The position numbers were made by a program, and so were the translations under genes. The notes under the pieces were generated by a model. The model ran no database searches and had not been told where the DNA came from. It worked only from the letters and a program-made list of their open reading frames with translations. Of a stretch of 64,000 nucleotides of DNA, positions 21,891 to 32,744 are shown in pieces (position 1 is the first letter of the stretch; each line of letters begins with the position of its first letter). This DNA is from Akkermansiaceae bacterium (GTDB taxonomy: Bacteria; Verrucomicrobiota; Verrucomicrobiia; Verrucomicrobiales; Akkermansiaceae). The stretch is from contig JBPOGF010000013.1 of assembly GCA_051251915.1 (NCBI GenBank), forward strand, positions 72,010 to 136,009. The letters run 5' to 3'.

Positions 21891-22081
21891 AACAAAACCA
21901 TACACAATCCACCCCAAACCGCAACCCAAGCTTCCACAACATCAACCAAGTTCCGTGCTTTAAGTGCATTCCGTGGTTCAAGCACCGCAGGTCAAAACCA
22001 AAGCCCACAACCCAAGCCGTTTCATCAACCAAGCCCCGATCACCGATCACTGATCACTGCTAACCCCTCAAGCAAAGCGCC

Positions 22082-23095
22082 CTAAATCCCAAAACTCCTC
22101 TTCACCGCCTCCCGCTTCAACCCCAGCTCCCTCCACTCATTCACCAACCGCGACGCCTCTATCACCCCACACCCAGAAGGAACACAAATCTCATCCCCCT
22201 CCCAATGCACCCCACGGATCGTCACCACCGCATGAAACACACCATCCTCCAACACCCCAAACGGAGCACCAAAATAAGCCGGACAATCCAACATCTCCCT
22301 CCAACGTATCAAATCCTCCATCGTCTCCTGAGTCCTAGGCAACGGCCCCAATGCCGGCGTCGGATGCAACCTCCTAATCAAATCATCAATATTCTTATCC
22401 CCATACAAGAACACCTCAATCGGCGTATGAAAATGCACCAAAGACCCCAAATCCAAAATACTCCGCTCACTCTTCGTCACCATCCCAATATCAGACAACT
22501 TAGACACCAACGTCTGCGCCACAAACTCATGCTCCCTAATCTCCTTCTCATCAAAAGCAAACACCTCCTGCTCACCCGCCATCGCCGTCCCCGCCAGCGC
22601 CATCGTATTCAATCTCCCCTTCCTAAAATTAAACAACACCTCAGGCGTCAACCCACAAAACCCAGCATCACCCTTCACCCAAGCATAAGGAAAAAACGCC
22701 TCCTCCTGCGTATTCAACGAATCTAACAAACTCCCCACTCCGCCAGACACAACCTTCCCCCGCTCAGCCGCCACCGGCACAGACTTCTCTATCTCCCCCT
22801 TACCAATCGCCTGATTAATCTCCGAAAAAACCTTCGCAAACTCCCCCGGATTAAGCTCCTCCCACTCCACCTCCAAAGCCTCACCCTCCCCCGCAGAAAC
22901 CGAATCAATCTCCCTAACAGAATAAGGAATCTTCCAAGGCTTCGCATCCGTCAGCGCAAAATCATTCACATAAAACGCCACCCCACTCTTCGGACAAGCC
23001 TCCACCTCAGTGAAAGGCCCCTCGCCAAAAAGAATCTTACCATCCGCCTTCTTCAAAAGCGCAAACTCATTACCCGCTACATTCATGCCCCGCAA
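22082..23095 (-). CDS. Chorismate-binding enzyme, isochorismate synthase (MenF)-like
   Basis: TPEVL, TMALAGT, KEIREH, LHPTPALG, GCGV. Confidence 0.85.
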   Translation of the reverse strand: MRGMNVAGNEFALLKKADGKILFGEGPFTEVEACPKSGVAFYVNDFALTDAKPWKIPYSVREIDSVSAGEGEALEVEWEELNPGEFAKVFSEINQAIGKGEIEKSVPVAAERGKVVSGGVGSLLDSLNTQEEAFFPYAWVKGDAGFCGLTPEVLFNFRKGRLNTMALAGTAMAGEQEVFAFDEKEIREHEFVAQTLVSKLSDIGMVTKSERSILDLGSLVHFHTPIEVFLYGDKNIDDLIRRLHPTPALGPLPRTQETMEDLIRWREMLDCPAYFGAPFGVLEDGVFHAVVTIRGVHWEGDEICVPSGCGVIEASRLVNEWRELGLKREAVKRSFGI

Positions 23096-23388
23096 ATAAA
23101 CCCCACCCCCACCAAATCACCAAGCAAATAAAGTGCCCGAGATTTCCAATCTCCCCAACAACCCAAGCCCCACAACCCAAGTCCCACTCCATCAACCAAG
23201 TTCAGAGCTTTCAGTGTCTTCCGTGGTTCAAAAAAATCCCATCAACCCAAGCCACCAAAGCCCAAGCCAACGAGCAACTCCCCCCCTTTTCCCAATAATA
23301 AGTTGATTTAACTAAATCCTGTGGTAAATAATCTCCAAGAACTGTTCACATAATGAACAGTCGGGAAAGAAATACTTACCCATCATAC

Positions 23389-23745
23389 GGGGGCGTTTTG
23401 GTTTCGACTGGATGTTGGAGGGATAGGTCGCATGTAGAGGTTGATCGGTTGGCCTCTTAAAAAGCCGTTCAAAAAAATAATTGCAGACTCTAATGAGCTC
23501 GCACTTGCTGCTTAATTGACAGTAACGCCGCCGCCTGATCGTCCACGTAGGGCCGCCGCGCAAACTTAGTGGACTGGCTATGAGCCCGGGTTTCCGGGGT
23601 GATTAGTAAGACTAAACAGGAAAATCGAGCGAGAATCAGTGGTTAGCAAGCGACCTCTCCTCTAAACAAAAGTTGCTAACTAAACATGTAGAAACTTACT
23701 TAGAAGACATTTAGGACGCGGGTTCAACTCCCGCCGCCTCCACCA
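23389..23745 (+). ncRNA. ssrA: tmRNA; tag peptide (A)ADSNELALAA encoded at 23483-23515
   Basis: 5' GGGGGCG...GGTTTCGAC, 3' T-arm GCGGGTTCAACTCCCGC and CGCCTCCACCA, internal ORF ending ALAA-stop. Confidence 0.97.
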
Positions 23746-23750
23746 ATTTA

Positions 23751-23784
23751 AAAAGCCTCAGACTAACCCTCTGAGGCTTTTTTA
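23751..23784 (+). terminator. ssrA terminator
   Basis: AAAAGCCTCAGA-ctaaccc-TCTGAGGCTTTTTT. Confidence 0.9.
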
Positions 23785-23882
23785 TTTCAAATTACTCCCC
23801 ATCACCCAGTAGCTCAGAACGCCTGACCTATTCATTACCATCACCCCAAACACATAACCCAAACCAATATTCTTCCCTCCCA

Positions 23883-24185
23883 TCACACCCAATGCTCCGG
23901 AATCCTCAATCCATAAGTATTCACCACAGACCCCAGATTACTAATAATCCTCTCATGCTCCTCCCTATCATACTCCCCCCCAGCTTTCCTCAAATCCACT
24001 AACTCCTTCAACTTCGGCAACTCATACATCCCCAACGCATAAAAGTTACCCCAAGAAGGAGTCCCAAATAACCTCCAAACCACCTGATTATCATCCCTAT
24101 CACTAGCCAACCGATGCGCCCCACTAATTCTTCCCTTAGCCTCCTCAGCCTCATCCTGATCATCATAAACTCCAAGTAATTCCAT
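23883..24185 (-). CDS. Hypothetical protein (about 100 aa)
   Basis: Globular-looking ORF with strand-typical codon usage; probable start MELLGVY. Confidence 0.6.
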   Translation of the reverse strand: MELLGVYDDQDEAEEAKGRISGAHRLASDRDDNQVVWRLFGTPSWGNFYALGMYELPKLKELVDLRKAGGEYDREEHERIISNLGSVVNTYGLRIPEHWV

Positions 24186-24333
24186 ACCCCCATCAAAATC
24201 CATCCCCATCCAAAAATCAAGAACAACCACTCCATCTTCAAGCCTAGATAAATGATTCGCGGCTCAACACCAAAAACACCAAAAGCATCCAGCCATAACC
24301 CAAGTTCCCAACAAATCGCGTGCGGCTCCTCCC

Positions 24334-25104
24334 TTATCCCCCACCCACAAAAACAACCTCCCCCCAACGCCCCGGAATATGCATATTCACCACCCCCTGC
24401 GGACTCCACACCCAGTTATCCTCCACATGCTCCTGATCCTCCGGATTCAACCCAGAGCACAAATCAGTCCCATGCGGTGGCACCCGCACATACTCCCCAT
24501 CCACCACCTCATGCTCCCACTGCACCCGTGAGAAATTCACCCGCCACACATCCTCCACCTCAGGCGGAGTCGCCCTATTCAAATTATACTTAGCCAGCTC
24601 CCGCCAAGGAAAGGCCATCTCTACACACCACCCCTTATCCTCATCCCCAGGATCATTAAGCGTCCCCCTCACCCCCACTTTAGAAACCAATTCCTCCAAA
24701 TTACACCCCAAAATAGGAACTCCACCAGCACTATAAGGCACCGGCAAGCTCAACTCCCAAATACTATTCAGAGCATTCACCTCAAATTCATAATAATTCT
24801 TAGAATCCCCATCAGGATCAATAAACACCTCGAAATCATTATCATTAAACATGATCTCATTCTTCTCCGTGATCGTCCCCCACACATGCGGCTCCTCCAT
24901 CTCAGCAGCCACATAGAAATACTCATCATCCCACAACATCTTCACCCGCGTTCTAAACCTAGGTGCCAAAGATGGATCACCAGTAATATCCACAAAATCA
25001 TCCGTCCAATGAGCTGCCCCCCACAGCGAATCACTCATAAACCCATCTAAAACCAATGGACGATCAATCTTCACACAACAATAATTCTTAACAGGCTCAC
25101 TCAT
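24334..25104 (-). CDS. Carbohydrate-binding family 9-like (DOMON-like) protein
   Basis: LDG...W, TRVKMLWDDEYFY, DFEVFIDPDGD, YYEFEVN, WRVNFSR, WVWSP...MH. Confidence 0.85.
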   Translation of the reverse strand: MSEPVKNYCCVKIDRPLVLDGFMSDSLWGAAHWTDDFVDITGDPSLAPRFRTRVKMLWDDEYFYVAAEMEEPHVWGTITEKNEIMFNDNDFEVFIDPDGDSKNYYEFEVNALNSIWELSLPVPYSAGGVPILGCNLEELVSKVGVRGTLNDPGDEDKGWCVEMAFPWRELAKYNLNRATPPEVEDVWRVNFSRVQWEHEVVDGEYVRVPPHGTDLCSGLNPEDQEHVEDNWVWSPQGVVNMHIPGRWGEVVFVGGG

Positions 25105-25190
25105 ATTTACACGTTTGCAAATACTCCTATAGCAATTCTAAGCCCATGCAAAGCAGAGAAAACAAACATCAACGCCACCCAGCTGCCAAA

Positions 25191-25226
25191 GTTCACATAT
25201 AAACCATTACTATCCACATATGAAAC
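25191..25226. promoter_or_regulatory. Two imperfect copies of a candidate IclR-type operator
   Basis: GTTCACATATAAAC and ATCCACATATGAAAC between the divergent CBM9-like and IclR genes. Confidence 0.4.
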
Positions 25227-25310
25227 ACATCTACATTTCTAGCTTCCCTTCCCCAATAAAAAAACCATACATTACCCGACAAGTAAAAACCCTTTGATAA
25301 ATCATGCACA

Positions 25311-26096
25311 ATGAGTAACTATAACATCCCTAATATAGCAAACACCTGCCATATCTTCCAACTGCTCACAAAATCTAAGAAGACCCTAAACGCCAGTGAA
25401 ATAGCTAAAGAACTAGAACTCCCAAGAACCTCCGTTTACCGTATTCTCAAAACCCTTGAATCCGAAAACATGGTCCGAAAAGTAGGCAAAGGATACGTCA
25501 TGGGCCACCGCCTCATCAACCTCGGCCTCCAAGTCGTCTCCAAAATCCCAGAACGCCAAATCTGCGTCCCCATCCTCCAGCAACTCACCACCCAGATCCA
25601 CGAGTCCACCCACTTCGCCATCCTCTCCGGCCGCAACATGCTACTCATCGAAGTGTGTGATAGCCCACACGCCCTAAAAGTAGCAAGCCGCCCCGGCACC
25701 CTCGCTGACATCCATTGCTCAGCATCCGGAAAATGCTTCCTCGCGCACGCCCCAGAAGCCGCAGCAGAAGCACTCATGGACAGCCTAGATTACACCAAGC
25801 GAACCGACAAAACTCACACCACCAAAGAATCACTCAAAGAAGAGCTCCCCAGCATCAAACGCAAAGGCTACGCCGTAGATGACATCGAGTACAACTACCA
25901 CATCCGCTGCCTAGCCGCCCCAGTATTCAACGCCAGCGGCCAAATCGTCGGCGCCATCGGCACCACCGCCGCCACCTCTCGCTTCCCAAAGTCTAGGATC
26001 GCTGAAATAGCAAAAGAAGTCATCCATGCAGCCAATAAACTCTCCAATGAATTTGGTAAAAACATCAAGCCACAAAACCACCTCAATCATGTATAA
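25311..26096 (+). CDS. IclR family transcriptional regulator (KdgR-like role inferred)
   Basis: HTH ASEIAKELELPRTSVYRILKTL, HCSASGK, GYAVDDIE, CLAAPVF. Confidence 0.92.
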   Translation: MSNYNIPNIANTCHIFQLLTKSKKTLNASEIAKELELPRTSVYRILKTLESENMVRKVGKGYVMGHRLINLGLQVVSKIPERQICVPILQQLTTQIHESTHFAILSGRNMLLIEVCDSPHALKVASRPGTLADIHCSASGKCFLAHAPEAAAEALMDSLDYTKRTDKTHTTKESLKEELPSIKRKGYAVDDIEYNYHIRCLAAPVFNASGQIVGAIGTTAATSRFPKSRIAEIAKEVIHAANKLSNEFGKNIKPQNHLNHV

Positions 26097-28404
26097 ATCA
26101 ACCGTCTTACTCACCACGTTTGCCAGCACATTATTGCTCACGCAACCAGTCACTCACGCCCAAGAAGTAGGGCCCCAAGAAGCAGCAGACAAATTATCAA
26201 CACCATCATTCTCTGCCCTCCTCACCACCACAGACATCCTCAAAGTAAGCAATGCCGTAGCCGACTGGCAGCTACAGAACCCCTCTAAAAAACCAGACAC
26301 AGACTGGACCAACGGCGCACTCTGGACCGGCATAGTTGCACACGTTCACACCTCGGGAAACAAACACTACAGTGACCACCTCCGCGACATGTCCAAGCGC
26401 AATGAATACCACCTCGGACCACGCCCCGGCTTTGGAGATGACCACGCAGTAGGCCGCGCCCACCTCTGGCAATACATGCAGGATGAACTCCCCCATCAGC
26501 TAGCACCTACCGAAAAAATCTTCCAAGATTTCATCACCCGCCCACACGAAGAACCACTATTCTGGGTCAACAAAATCCACCTCAGAGAATGGGCCTGGTG
26601 CGATGCCCTCTACATGTCACCTCCCACCCTCGCCATTCTTCACTCAGCCACAGGAAATGCTGACTACCTAGACACCATGGACAAGCTCTGGTGGAAAACC
26701 ACCGACTACCTCTACGACAAAGAAAGCCACCTCTTCTTCAGAGACTCCACCTACTTCGACCGCAAAGAAAAGAACGGCGAAAAAGTATTCTGGGCTCGCG
26801 GCAACGGCTGGGTCATCGCCGGCCTCTGCCACACCCTTGAAAACATGCCATCAGACTACCCCACCCGCCCAAAGTATGAAAAATTATTCGTCGAAATGGC
26901 AGCCAAACTCAAAGCCATCCAACGCGAAGACGGCTCCTGGAGCACCGCCTTGTTAGACCCCGTCACATACACCGCACCAGAATCCAGCGGCACCGCATTC
27001 TTCACCTACGCATTCACCTGGGGCATCAACCACGGACTGTTAGAAAAAGATCAATACATGCCCAGCATCGAAAAAGGCTGGCACCGTCTCGTCAAAAACG
27101 TCCACCCAAATGGCAAACTAGGATTCGTCCAAGCCATCGGCAAAGACCCTCAATCAGTCACCATGGATGAAACAGAAACCTACGGCGTAGGCGGCTTCCT
27201 CCTCGCCTCCCACGAGCTCCACAAACTCAAACTAACAGAAGGCTCCACCCATCACGACATCACCGTCACAAACCCTAGCTCCCTAAACCGCCTAAACAGC
27301 GTCATCGAGCTAGACTGGAACCAAGCCTCCTCCAAATTCGCCGGCCTAACAGAACAAAATATAGCCGTCCAAGACACCCGCACAGGTCAGTTTCTCCCCA
27401 TCCAGCTATTCGACAAAGATCTCGACGGAACCCCAGAAACACTCCTCACAAAAATCAACCTCACGCCAAACGAAACCAACAAACTCCGCATCTACAAACT
27501 CACCAATGAACAACCCGCATTCCTCCCATCACAACTACACCTAAGATTCGTCCCAGAACGGCACGATGACTTCGCATGGGAAAACGACCGCCAAGCATTC
27601 CGCATGTATGGCCCAGCCCTAGCCAAAGTCGAAAAACCCAGCAGCGGAGTAGACATCTGGAACAAACGCAGCCGAGGACTAGTAATAGACGACTGGTACA
27701 AAGAAGGCCCATCAAAATACCACAAAGACCGAGGCAACGGCATGGACGCCTACAAAGTCGGCTACACACTCGGCGCCGGTGGACTAGGCTTCATCGACAA
27801 AGACAAAAAACTCACCGTCGGACCACAATTCAAAACCTGGAAAATCCTCGACAAAGGCCCACTACGCCTACGCTTCCAGCTCACCTACGACCCCGTAGAA
27901 ATAGCCACAGGTAAGGTTTCAGAGATCCGCACCATCACCATGGATTCAGGCTCGCACTTCTTGACCACCCAATCAGAATTCCAAACCGAAGGCAACGTCA
28001 CAGGCATCCGCCCAGCCACCGGACTCTACGTCCACCAACCTGAGAAACTCAAAACCGGAGGCTTCGAGCACCCACAACAAATCATGCAGACAGACCAAGC
28101 CATCGCCCTCTGGGAAATGCTCGGAACTGAGAAAAACAACGCCGGCAACATAGGAACCGCCATCATCCTCCCAGAAGGTGGCATCGTTTCTAAATTCAAA
28201 AAAGGTCAGAACAACACGCACCTCGTCCGCCGTGATGACAAACACATCTACGTCCAACTAGCCGCATCACTCAAACGCCCAGTCGAATGGCAAGTCGGCA
28301 CCATGTGGGAACAAGTCGATGCCCCAACCGAAAGACAATTCAGAACCCATGTCCTAAATCACGTCCACGAAACAACCAACCAACCCATTAAAATACAGTT
28401 TTAG
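26089..28404 (+). CDS. GH105/GH88 unsaturated glycuronyl hydrolase fused to a DUF4861-like domain
   Basis: Signal peptide from MYKST; DWTNG, WAWCDALYM, FWARGNGW, ESSGT; C-terminal PERHDDFAWEND, GMDAYKVG. Confidence 0.88.
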   Translation: MYKSTVLLTTFASTLLLTQPVTHAQEVGPQEAADKLSTPSFSALLTTTDILKVSNAVADWQLQNPSKKPDTDWTNGALWTGIVAHVHTSGNKHYSDHLRDMSKRNEYHLGPRPGFGDDHAVGRAHLWQYMQDELPHQLAPTEKIFQDFITRPHEEPLFWVNKIHLREWAWCDALYMSPPTLAILHSATGNADYLDTMDKLWWKTTDYLYDKESHLFFRDSTYFDRKEKNGEKVFWARGNGWVIAGLCHTLENMPSDYPTRPKYEKLFVEMAAKLKAIQREDGSWSTALLDPVTYTAPESSGTAFFTYAFTWGINHGLLEKDQYMPSIEKGWHRLVKNVHPNGKLGFVQAIGKDPQSVTMDETETYGVGGFLLASHELHKLKLTEGSTHHDITVTNPSSLNRLNSVIELDWNQASSKFAGLTEQNIAVQDTRTGQFLPIQLFDKDLDGTPETLLTKINLTPNETNKLRIYKLTNEQPAFLPSQLHLRFVPERHDDFAWENDRQAFRMYGPALAKVEKPSSGVDIWNKRSRGLVIDDWYKEGPSKYHKDRGNGMDAYKVGYTLGAGGLGFIDKDKKLTVGPQFKTWKILDKGPLRLRFQLTYDPVEIATGKVSEIRTITMDSGSHFLTTQSEFQTEGNVTGIRPATGLYVHQPEKLKTGGFEHPQQIMQTDQAIALWEMLGTEKNNAGNIGTAIILPEGGIVSKFKKGQNNTHLVRRDDKHIYVQLAASLKRPVEWQVGTMWEQVDAPTERQFRTHVLNHVHETTNQPIKIQF

Positions 28405-28511
28405 ATATATAAATTCCATAATTGAAAATTATACATCATTACAACTTGTAAAGAAACACTTACACCATATAAATCAATCTCCAAAACCGGACACAGTCCC
28501 AAAAAACCACC

Positions 28512-29108
28512 ATGTTTCCCTGTAAAATCATCCCAGTCTTAGTTATCGAAGACGCCAAAAACGCCCTACCACTGGGCGAAAGCCTAGTAACCAACGGACT
28601 CCCCGTCGCAGAGGTCACACTCCGCACATCCGCCGCCCTAGAATCCATCAAAACCATGTCCCAGATCGATGACCTCATCACCGGCGCCGGCACCGTCCTC
28701 ACCGTCGACCACGCCAAAGCCGCCATCGACCACGGAGCCACATTCCTCGTCAGCCCAGGCCTAAATGAAGCCGTCATCACCTACGCCCAGTCCGTAGACA
28801 TCCCCATCATCCCAGGCGTAGTCACCCCCACAGAAGTAGCCCACGCCATCGACCTCGGCCTAAACTTAGTCAAACTCTTCCCCGCAGAAGCAGTAGGAGG
28901 CGCAGCCCTACTAAAAGCATACGCCAGCGTCTACCCAGACATGAAATTCATGCCAACAGGAGGCATCTCACTCACCAACATCAACAGCTACCTCACCCTC
29001 CCCAACGTCCTAGCCTGCGGAGGCTCATGGATGACCCCATCCAACCTAATGAGCAGCAGAGACTTTGACCAGATCAGCCACCTCATCAAACAAGCCGCCA
29101 CCATCTAG
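28512..29108 (+). CDS. eda: KDPG/KHG aldolase
   Basis: EVTLRT, GAGTVL, KLFPAE, PTGGI, ACGGSW. Confidence 0.93.
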   Translation: MFPCKIIPVLVIEDAKNALPLGESLVTNGLPVAEVTLRTSAALESIKTMSQIDDLITGAGTVLTVDHAKAAIDHGATFLVSPGLNEAVITYAQSVDIPIIPGVVTPTEVAHAIDLGLNLVKLFPAEAVGGAALLKAYASVYPDMKFMPTGGISLTNINSYLTLPNVLACGGSWMTPSNLMSSRDFDQISHLIKQAATI

Positions 29109-29141
29109 CCCGCATTCAAATTTCATAATTCATCATTCAAA

Positions 29142-30176
29142 ATGTTCCTAAGTCTCGGAGAAATCATGCTACGCTTCTGCCCAGGGGATCACCCCCTCAG
29201 AGCTGCCACCCAGTTCACCTTCTCAGAAGGTGGCGGCGAATACAACGTAGCTCGCGGAGTCAGCAGATGCTTCGGCATCCCAGCCAGCATCGCCACCGCA
29301 CTGGTCGATAATGAACTCGGCCACCTCGTCCACCAACTCATCCGCAGCTCAGAAATAGACACATCTAACATCCTCTGGAGAGAATTCGATGGCATCGGCA
29401 AACAAGTCCGCAACCCACTCTACTTCGCAGAACGAGGCTTCGGCCACCGCCCACCAAAAGCCTGCATGGACCGCGGTCACTCAGCACCCAGCCAACTCAC
29501 CACCACAGACTTCGACTGGGACGCCATCTTCTCATCAGGAAATATCAGCTGGTTCCACACCGGCGGCATCTTCGCGGGCCTCTCAGAATCAACCGCAGAA
29601 GTAGCCCAGCAAGCCATGACTACCGCCCGCAAACACGGCGTCCACGTCTCCTATGACCCAAACTTCCGCGGCTCACTATGGCAAGACCGAGGCGGCCCAC
29701 AAGCCGCCGCCAAACTCAACTCCACCCTCGCACATCACTGCGACACACTCTTCGGCGTAGCCCCCATACTCACCCACACAGCCCCACCACAAGACCTAAC
29801 AGAACTAGAAAATTTAATCCAACAAACAGCCACCGCATTCCCGCAGCTCCAACAAATCGCCCTCGGCCGCAGACACATCCGCTCCGCCAGCGATCACGAC
29901 TACGCAGCCACCATCTGGGACCAAGGCACCATCACCCACATCGATGGCTTCACCAACATCCACGTCCTAGACCGCATCGGCAGCGGAGACGCCTTCGCCG
30001 CTGGCTACATCTCCCACATGTTAGACTCAAGAAATACCCCATCCCCCCAGACCGCCATCCTCCAAGGCGCAGCCGCCTCAGCCCTCACCATGAGCACCCC
30101 AGGAGACGCAGTCCTCTGCTCCGCCCAAGACGTCTACCAACTAATGAACGCAAAACACTCACAAGAATCACGATAA
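29142..30176 (+). CDS. kdgK: 2-keto-3-deoxygluconate kinase (PfkB family)
   Basis: GEIMLR, GGGEYNVA, DPNFRGSLW, DRIGSGDAF. Confidence 0.9.
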   Translation: MFLSLGEIMLRFCPGDHPLRAATQFTFSEGGGEYNVARGVSRCFGIPASIATALVDNELGHLVHQLIRSSEIDTSNILWREFDGIGKQVRNPLYFAERGFGHRPPKACMDRGHSAPSQLTTTDFDWDAIFSSGNISWFHTGGIFAGLSESTAEVAQQAMTTARKHGVHVSYDPNFRGSLWQDRGGPQAAAKLNSTLAHHCDTLFGVAPILTHTAPPQDLTELENLIQQTATAFPQLQQIALGRRHIRSASDHDYAATIWDQGTITHIDGFTNIHVLDRIGSGDAFAAGYISHMLDSRNTPSPQTAILQGAAASALTMSTPGDAVLCSAQDVYQLMNAKHSQESR

Positions 30177-30198
30177 ACTTACTAACGATACAAACAAC

Positions 30199-31029
30199 AT
30201 GAGAAACCACAGAACAACCAGCGCAGACAGCTACACCCACTTCAACACCGCCGAACTCAGAAACTCCTACCTCCTAGAAGACCTCTTCGATGACGGTAAA
30301 ATTTCACTCGTCTACACAGACCTAGACCGCGCCATCGTTGGCTCCGCAGTCCCCACATCCGCAACCCTAGACCTCCCAGCTGGCGACCAACTCCGCTCAG
30401 ACTACTTCTGCGAGCGCCGCGAACTCGGAGTCATCAACCTCGGCCAAAAAGGCACCATCACAGTCGATGGCACCACCCACACCCTAGAAAACCGCGAATG
30501 CCTCTACATCGGCCGCGGATCACAGAAAATTTCATTCAACTCAGACTCAGCATCTTCACCCGCTCAGTACTACCTCCTCAGCTACCCAGCCCACAAAGAA
30601 TACCCCACCACCCACGCCAAAATCGAAGACGCCAACAAACTCGAACTCGGCTCACCAGAAGAAGCCAACGAACGCCACCTCTACCAATACATCTGCGAAG
30701 CACGCATCCAGTCCTGCCAACTCGTCATGGGCTTCACCGTCCTCCAGACCGGCAGCATCTGGAACACCATGCCACCACACACCCACGACCGCCGCTCAGA
30801 AGTCTACTGCTACTTTGACGTAGCACCAGGCCACAAGATCAGCCACTTCATGGGCGAACCACAAGAAACCAGAGCACTCTGGCTCGGCGAAAAAGACATC
30901 GCCCTCTCACCATCATGGTCCATCCACTCCGGCGCCGGCACCGGCTCCTACGCATTCATCTGGGGCATGGGCGGAGAAAACCAACGCTTCGACGACATGG
31001 ACGGCTTCCCAATCACCGAACTAAGATAA
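30199..31029 (+). CDS. kduI: 5-dehydro-4-deoxy-D-glucuronate isomerase
   Basis: ERRELG, WNTMPPHTHDRRSEVY, SPSWSIHSG, WGMGGEN. Confidence 0.96.
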   Translation: MRNHRTTSADSYTHFNTAELRNSYLLEDLFDDGKISLVYTDLDRAIVGSAVPTSATLDLPAGDQLRSDYFCERRELGVINLGQKGTITVDGTTHTLENRECLYIGRGSQKISFNSDSASSPAQYYLLSYPAHKEYPTTHAKIEDANKLELGSPEEANERHLYQYICEARIQSCQLVMGFTVLQTGSIWNTMPPHTHDRRSEVYCYFDVAPGHKISHFMGEPQETRALWLGEKDIALSPSWSIHSGAGTGSYAFIWGMGGENQRFDDMDGFPITELR

Positions 31030-31034
31030 CCACC

Positions 31035-31350
31035 GTGCCCGAGATTTCCAATCTCCTCACCAACCCAAGCAATCGCATGCGCCAAAGCCCTCATACGCGA
31101 CAACCCAAGTTCCCTACCCATCATCCAAGTTCAGCGTAGTTCAGCGACTTCAGCGGTTCAAAAAAAATCCATCAACCCAAGCAGTAATAACCCAAGCAAC
31201 ATTCGTGAAGATTCGTGCTATTCGTGGTAAGCGCCGCAGGCAACAACCTAAGCACAAAACCCAAGTTCAATACCCATCAAGCAGGTTCCGTCTTTTCAGT
31301 GCCTTCCGTGGTCAAAAAAAATCCATCAACCCAGTTCCATCAACCCAGAT
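31035..31350 (+). repeat. Composite intergenic repeat cluster (hairpin + three triple-repeat units + CAACCCAAGC spacers)
   Basis: Representative of similar clusters near 4290, 21950, 23130, 32390, 34520, 35550, 38630, 42830 and 45520. Confidence 0.85.
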
Positions 31351-31354
31351 AAAA

Positions 31355-32383
31355 ATGAAAAAAAGCAACCTCATCTTCGGAATCCTCTGCGGCGCCCTCC
31401 TCGCCAGCGCCATCTTCGCCAGCCTAGGAGGTCTAAAATCAAACTCCTCATCCACCACCGCAGGCAAAGAACACCAACTAAAAATCGCCCACAGCCAGCC
31501 CAACAGCCACCCAGTACACCAAGGAATCGAGTTCTTCTCAGAGCGCCTCCACGCCCTCTCCGGAGGTAAGATTTCCTGCACCATCTTCCCCAACGGCCAA
31601 CTCGGCTCAGAAACAGAATACCTAGAAAAACTCCAAACCGGCAGCCTAGACATCGCCAAAACCAGCGCCGCACCCGTCGCCAGCTTCGTCCCAAGAATGG
31701 AAGTCTTCTCCACCGCCTACCTCTTCCGCGACAACGACCACTACTGGAACGTCCTCAACGGAGAAATCGGCAAAGAACTCCTCAACAACCTAACAGACCG
31801 AGGAAACGGCAACCCATCAGGCTTCCGCGGCCTCTGCTACTTCGATGCCGGCAGCCGCAACTTCTACTCCGTAGACCCCATCACCACCCCAGCCGACCTC
31901 GAAGGCAAAATCATCCGCGTCATGCAAGACCCAGTCGCCATCGCCATGATGCAAAAGTTTAAAGCCGTCCCCAACCCCATGGCCAGCGGCGAGATCTACG
32001 GTGCCCTCCAGCGCGGAAATATCAACGGCGCAGAAAACAACCCACCCACATTCGTCGCCCAAGCCCACTACGAAGTCTGCAAGCACTTCACCTTCGACCA
32101 CCACTCCCGCATCCCTGACATCCTCCAAATCTCCAGCCAACTCTGGGAAACCCTCACCGATCAAGAAAAAGAATGGTTCCAAGTAGCCGCCAACGAAGCC
32201 AGCGTCTACCAAAGAAAACTCTGGGCAGAAAAAACCAACAAAGCCGTCGAAGTCATGAAATCCAAAGGAGTCACCATCCACCACCCAAACGTAAACGACT
32301 TCCAAACCTTCATCAACACCGGCACAACCCCAGACACCCAATCCGAAGTAGGCAAACTAAAACAACGCATCAAAAACCTCTAA
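31355..32383 (+). CDS. dctP: TRAP transporter substrate-binding protein (DctP family)
   Basis: IFPNGQLG, GSRNFY, KIIRVM, GAENN. The true start is MKKSNLIF; the upstream ORF extension is repeat DNA. Confidence 0.9.
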   Translation: MKKSNLIFGILCGALLASAIFASLGGLKSNSSSTTAGKEHQLKIAHSQPNSHPVHQGIEFFSERLHALSGGKISCTIFPNGQLGSETEYLEKLQTGSLDIAKTSAAPVASFVPRMEVFSTAYLFRDNDHYWNVLNGEIGKELLNNLTDRGNGNPSGFRGLCYFDAGSRNFYSVDPITTPADLEGKIIRVMQDPVAIAMMQKFKAVPNPMASGEIYGALQRGNINGAENNPPTFVAQAHYEVCKHFTFDHHSRIPDILQISSQLWETLTDQEKEWFQVAANEASVYQRKLWAEKTNKAVEVMKSKGVTIHHPNVNDFQTFINTGTTPDTQSEVGKLKQRIKNL

Positions 32384-32744
32384 CAAAGTGCCCGAGATTT
32401 CCAATCTCCCCAAAACCCAAGCCCAAAAAGCAAATAATCACGCACAGCAAAGCCGACATACCCCCCCAAAAAAAGCACCCGTTCCATCACCCACCTAATC
32501 AACCCAAGCCCTAACAGGGCAACACATATCCAGCCCAGGGTACACCCCTGGGTATCCCATCACCATCAACCAAGCCCCCAACCCAAGCAAAGCACCATGG
32601 TTTCATCTCCCCCCACCAATGACCAATAACCAATCAACCTCTGACGGATCGCAGATCTCCTAACCATAGAACCACCAAAGCTTCCAGCCACATCAACCCA
32701 AGCAAAATTCAAAATTCACACTTTAAAATTCACACTCTCCACCC

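Noticed and set aside
23746..25300. Integrative element at the tmRNA 3' end
   Set aside because: Terminator intact, no integrase, and I saw no duplicated ssrA 3' end in the window.
31030..31350. Repeat clusters as a CRISPR array
   Set aside because: Units are degenerate, irregularly spaced and lack unique constant-length spacers; no cas genes in the window.
31205..31354. N-terminal extension of DctP in the ORF track
   Set aside because: It is translated repeat DNA; the export signal starts at 31355.
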